A stretch of DNA of 64,000 nucleotides, taken from NCBI GenBank assembly GCA_964474755.1, contig CAYYUG010000011.1, forward strand, positions 8,698 through 72,697, in the 5' to 3' direction. A program made the position numbers and the translations under genes. Shown here one piece after another: positions 59,739 through 64,000 of this stretch. Numbering within the stretch: position 1 is the first letter of the stretch; each line of letters opens with the position of its first letter. The stretch is from an uncultured Rhodospirillaceae bacterium (lineage in GTDB: Bacteria; Pseudomonadota; Alphaproteobacteria; UBA8366; GCA-2717185). Under the pieces are notes generated by a model. It saw nothing but the letters and a program-made list of their open reading frames with translations. It was not told where the DNA came from and ran no database searches.

Positions 59739-60632
59739 CTATGATGCGGCGATAAAACTGCGTTTGTCTTGCACCTGACGCGCCCGCCGCGCCTCGCCCT
59801 CAGCACGCAACGCGTTGCGATTTTCCGGGCCGATATAGTTATAGACGTGCCGCCAGCCCTCGCCTCCCGGCCAGAGGACCGGCGAATGCACCGTGGTACG
59901 TGGTCCAGAAGCGGACTCAAGCAGGTCGATCGCTTGAGCGGCTATAAGCGCTTGCGCTGCACGGTCGTAGGGAGGACCAGCCGGATTACCGAGTGGGAAG
60001 TCGGTGAAGACCAACCTTGGAACCCCACAATGTTCGACAATGTCGCGACCTGACCCAATGATCACAGTCGGAATACCAGCTTCTTCGATCGCACGTGCAA
60101 CCAAACTCACGGTTTGGTGGCAGACTGGTCATATGGGGACCAAAACGGCAGCGTCAGCCTGATCCTCCTGGCACAGCCGCACGATATGCGCGGCGTCTTG
60201 GTCAAGGGTCTGACGGTGGCTATAGGTCGTCGGGACTCCATGAAAGCGCTCTGTCAGCCCTCCTATGCGGCTTTCCGTCGCCAAAGCGTGTAGCGCCAGC
60301 ACTGGTAGATAACTCTCCCTGTCTCGCATATGGGTCGTTTCCTTATCCCAGGCGAGATATTCGGTGTGCAGATCTGCCGGCGTGTCCTTAGTCAGCCCGC
60401 TCCAAACCTCCTTGAGCTTGCGGTTTCCATCCTTCGGCCCACCAGGCGGGCTCGAAGTGGTAACGATCACGACTCTGCTCTCCGTCAGAGAATTTTTCAG
60501 AGTTGTGAAGGGCACGTCGTCATATCGAGACCACTGATAGTCGTTGTTGTAGCCGAGCGCACGGTAATAGCGCCGCGTGCGCTCCATATAACCGACCGGA
60601 TCAGTCCTACCAATCTCTGTATTTAGGTTCAC
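59739..60632 (-). CDS. selenocysteine-containing GrdB/PrdB-like reductase-family protein (UGA-Sec at 60131..60129, residue 168 of 297)
   Basis: ORFs 60129..60632 and 59739..60110 are in the same frame and are separated only by one TGA. Read-through gives ...QADAAVLVPI-U-PVCHQTVSLVARAIEEAGIPTVIIGSGRDIVEHCGVPRL.... The 'M' of the second ORF is an internal GTG (Val). A SECIS-like hairpin follows the TGA. The N-terminal start is uncertain (GTG at 60632 or ATG at 60587). Confidence 0.75.
60096..60122 (-). promoter_or_regulatory. candidate bacterial SECIS stem-loop
   Basis: The mRNA reads UGA-CCAGUC-UGCCACCAAAC[CGUGA]GUUUGGUUGCA. That is an 11-position helix with one C/U mismatch and a perfect 6-bp apical stem. 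The 5-nt loop contains G and U at +18..+22 after the UGA. Confidence 0.6.
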
Positions 60633-61353
60633 GCTTCACTCCATCCACATAAAGTTGCGACATATTGATTGAACAAGGGGACCCAGTCTAGGAATTCGCT
60701 AGCTCTAATTATTAAGGAAGGCTGCGAGCACCGCCAGCGGCTCGCTGCTGGCAAAGGCTTCCTCTTGGCCAACCATGCCTGCCCTAACCGCCTCGTCGAT
60801 TCTCGCGAAACTATAGTTTGGTGTGTTTCCAACAGAAAGAAGACGTGCCGGCGAATTCCGCTGCGATCTCACAGGCTTTCTACACGAAATTTTCGACCGT
60901 GATTAGATGGCTAACTAGACCAGGTAGTTGGGCTCTTTTGACAAACGGATCGAGGCCTAAAACATTGAGTGGCCACACTCAGCCATCGACGAAAGATCGC
61001 CGTTGGAAACCACATGCACTCACCGACCCGCGGATATGATCGAAAAGGCTCTCACCATTTGTATCCTGCGATGATAAGATTGCGTAAATGGATTTACGGG
61101 GAATTTATCTCGGCAATTTTATTGATCGGGACGGCAAGGCACAGAGTGTGACCATCATGACCTAATGGGGATTCCAAGGTATCACTTTTCAATACGAAAG
61201 AATTTTTGATCTGTATGGAAAATTGGAGACCATACCAACGACATTCATGATAATTAAAAAAAAATTTATTCCTTTTATGGGCGAGCCACTGATGATACCA
61301 GCATGAAAATAGGACATGGCAGAATGACAATATTTCGGTGGGAAATTTAGTTT

Positions 61354-63318
61354 ATGTGCGGCTTTGCCGGATTCTTATCTCTCCAGAGTTATGGCTCACA
61401 GAAACATAGCGCAGACCGATTAACGAAAATCGCCCATCAAATGGGCGATGTTATGATACATCGTGGCCCGGATGGCGGCGGCATATGGACCGATCCCAGG
61501 GTAGGCCTTGCGCTATCCCATCGCCGTCTGTCGATCATTGATCTGTCAAAGGCTGGACGCCAGCCCATGGTTTCCGGACAAGGACGGATGGCAATCAGTT
61601 ATAATGGCGAGGTCTACAACGCGAACGAATTGCGTGCGGAATTACAAGACATCGGCGTTGCGTTTCAGGGGCATTCGGACACAGAGGTCATACTGGAAAG
61701 CTGCGTTCAATGGGGCGTCGTCAACACAGTACAGAAACTTGTTGGTATGTTCGCCTTTGTGCTTTGGGATACGGTGGAAAAACAGCTTTGGCTGGTGCGC
61801 GACCGGCTTGGGATAAAGCCGCTTTATTACACGATTACACCGGATCAGACATTGATCTTTGGATCAGAGCTTAAAGCGCTCCGCGCTCATCCCAATTGCC
61901 CCAGTGAGATTAACCGCGATGCCGTCTCCGCTTTTATGCGACACAACTATATTCCCGGACCATTCAGTATTTTCAAGGGAATCCAAAAGCTTCAACCTGG
62001 ACATATACTGAAGCTAAATATCGATGATTACGAACCAAGTGTGGAGCCTTATTGGTCACTGGACGACGCAGCGCGCCATGGCGAGACCTATCCGTTCAAG
62101 GGAGACGAACCAGCGGCGCTTGAAGCCCTAGAGGCCCTGTTCGCTGACGCGGTGTCCCGGCGCATGATCGCCGATGTGCCCTTGGGAGCATTTCTGTCGG
62201 GAGGAATCGACAGCTCCACCGTAGTCGCCTTGATGCAGGCGAACAGCACCCAGCCTGTTCGCACATTTTCCATTGGTTTTTCCGAGGACGGCTTCGACGA
62301 AGCCGTTCATGCCAAGGCGGTCGCTGCGCATATCGGCACAGATCACACCGAAATGTATGTGACATCGGAAGAAGCAAGAGCGGTGATTCCAAATTTGCCC
62401 GATTACTACGACGAACCTTTTGCCGACTCTTCGCAAATTCCAACCTATTTAGTTTCCGCCATGACACGGGACCACGTCACCGTTGCTTTGTCCGGTGATG
62501 GCGGCGATGAGTTGTTCACTGGTTACAATCGATATTTTCAGGCGCAGAAAATTAAACGCATGCTTACCCTTGTGCCCAGCTCTTTACGTGCTGCGGCGGG
62601 ATCAACAATCCGCGCTTTTCCGCCGTCGTTCTGGAATGATGTTTTCAAGCTGGTTCCACCGTCAAAACGACCGCCTCAGGCAGGCGATAAAATGCACAAA
62701 CTGTCGGAGGTGCTTAACACAGACCAAGACGGGTTTTATCGCCGAATTATCAGCCATTGGCCACAACCGGATGAAATCGTAATTGATGGTAGAGAACCCA
62801 AAGGCATTATCTGGGACGACGGGTTGCAACAGCGCATTCCTGATTTTATACGGCGCATGCAATATCTCGATACGCTAACCTATCTTCCAGACGACATCCT
62901 CACAAAGGTGGATCGTGCGAGCATGGCGGTGTCGTTAGAGGCCCGGCTGCCAATATTGGACCACCGATTGGTGGAATTCGCTTGGCGTTTGCCAGAAGCC
63001 ATGAAGATAAGAAACGGAGAAGGGAAATGGTTATTGCGCCAGTTGCTTTATAAATATGTGCCCCGCACTTTAATCGATCGGCCAAAAATGGGATTTGGCG
63101 TACCCATTGGGGATTGGATGCGGGGGCCCTTGCTGGATTGGGCCGAAGATTTGCTTTCTGAGTCGACATTTAAGAAGCACGGGCTTTTGCATGCCGCGCC
63201 AGTTTTAGAAAAATGGCGAGATCACAAATCGGGCCGACATAACTCGCAATATCTATTATGGAACGTGCTAATGCTGCACGCCTGGGCGGAAAAATATTGC
63301 GCTAGAGGCGCAACGTGA
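61354..63318 (+). CDS. asnB: asparagine synthase (glutamine-hydrolysing) family amidotransferase
   Basis: 654 aa. MCGFAGF N-terminal nucleophile Cys, LSGGIDSS PP-loop; the long form often found in polysaccharide loci. Confidence 0.9.
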   Translation: MCGFAGFLSLQSYGSQKHSADRLTKIAHQMGDVMIHRGPDGGGIWTDPRVGLALSHRRLSIIDLSKAGRQPMVSGQGRMAISYNGEVYNANELRAELQDIGVAFQGHSDTEVILESCVQWGVVNTVQKLVGMFAFVLWDTVEKQLWLVRDRLGIKPLYYTITPDQTLIFGSELKALRAHPNCPSEINRDAVSAFMRHNYIPGPFSIFKGIQKLQPGHILKLNIDDYEPSVEPYWSLDDAARHGETYPFKGDEPAALEALEALFADAVSRRMIADVPLGAFLSGGIDSSTVVALMQANSTQPVRTFSIGFSEDGFDEAVHAKAVAAHIGTDHTEMYVTSEEARAVIPNLPDYYDEPFADSSQIPTYLVSAMTRDHVTVALSGDGGDELFTGYNRYFQAQKIKRMLTLVPSSLRAAAGSTIRAFPPSFWNDVFKLVPPSKRPPQAGDKMHKLSEVLNTDQDGFYRRIISHWPQPDEIVIDGREPKGIIWDDGLQQRIPDFIRRMQYLDTLTYLPDDILTKVDRASMAVSLEARLPILDHRLVEFAWRLPEAMKIRNGEGKWLLRQLLYKYVPRTLIDRPKMGFGVPIGDWMRGPLLDWAEDLLSESTFKKHGLLHAAPVLEKWRDHKSGRHNSQYLLWNVLMLHAWAEKYCARGAT

Positions 63319-64000
63319 CCGGAAATTGCGTGGCAATTTCGCGCAGTGAGCGTTTCGATTTTGGCTAACACTGGTTCAACATCCTGAATTCCTGAACGAA
63401 AAGACACAAGGCAAGAGCGAAATAATCGTTGAAAGGAATACTGGATATGTAGTCTCTGGCTTACGTTCATGCGAGACCACAACGCAACGCCTGGTGTGCA
63501 GCACTGTCTCGTGCTTTGAACCGCCATTTTGCGCCTTTGTAGGCAGACGACGATACGCACTTCGATCGCATAGCGCGCCGTTGAAAAGCTGCCTCTTTGC
63601 ACCAACAAAACACACGGAGCATGCCGCTATGGCGGGACGTCGTAGATTGGTTTGGAAACTTGCATTTTGAAGTCGCGAGCCTGGAGGAAGTGTTAGAGTT
63701 TCAGAAATAACGTAAATATTGCTAGGAAAAACTATGGGCATACGTGAGCAAGCTCAGCTGAAATGAGTATTTGTTTACTCACAAACGCTAGCTGGCAAAT
63801 TGTGCCATCAAAGCCAGCAAGAGAAGAGCTAGTAAATGCGGGGCCCAGCGCCAAACCAGTAATGCGGCGATCAAAATGATAAAATGTGAGAAGTGCCCAT
63901 CGCCATATTATTCTGCGTCCCGGGAAACAAATATCTGATCAAGCGCCCATGGAGAAACTTTGTGATCCGCGTGGCTTTCGTCGACTAACACCAAAAAGGC

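Noticed and set aside
60629-60832. 67-aa ORF overlapping the selenoprotein start as a leader or partner gene.
   Set aside because: It is basic and Trp/Arg-rich, lies in the AT-rich spacer, and has no recognisable motif or SD. I cannot separate it from chance.
1-64000. CRISPR arrays, transposases/integrases, prophage genes, toxin-antitoxin or known defence-system genes.
   Set aside because: No spaced direct-repeat array and no protein with recognisable transposase, integrase, nuclease, ATPase-defence or TA motifs turned up while reading the ORFs and intergenic regions.

Overview
This looks like a chromosomal segment from a moderately GC-rich, alphaproteobacterium-like genome. That assignment is inferred only from gene content and order. 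I found no rRNA, tRNA, CRISPR array, transposase or integrase. Housekeeping blocks are sdhCDA(B), pdxY, asd, leuB/leuC/leuD, rpsP-rimM-trmD-rplS with ffh, metY, dapF-mtaB-ftsY, pgk and yciB. Between them sit accessory catabolic islands unusually rich in C-N bond hydrolases and flavin or molybdenum oxidoreductases. These include a CoxSML-type Mo-hydroxylase island, two amidase-signature amidases, a hydantoinase/racemase/D-carbamoylase set, two LLM monooxygenases and a DMGDH-like enzyme. Genes are tightly packed, and many stop/start overlaps are 4 nt (ATGA, GTGA, TTGA). The strongest finding is at 59739..60632 (-). Two ORFs on the track are one gene interrupted only by an in-frame TGA. That TGA sits in a U-P-V-C redox motif and is followed by a SECIS-like hairpin, so I read it as a selenoprotein of the GrdB/PrdB-like reductase family in a non-Stickland gene context. 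Other notable items:
- a leuC-leuD-leuC' arrangement in which one large-subunit paralog has an altered substrate-site motif;
- an AtzE/AtzG-like amidase pair with a kinase, a TTG-initiated methyltransferase and an unlisted 59-aa ORF;
- a decayed redoxin pseudogene whose CxxC position reads W-TGA-P-L-C;
- a small G/C-tract inverted-repeat element;
- an AT-rich compositional break before an asnB-type amidotransferase at the window end.

All functional calls come from reading the translations against remembered family motifs. No database search was run.
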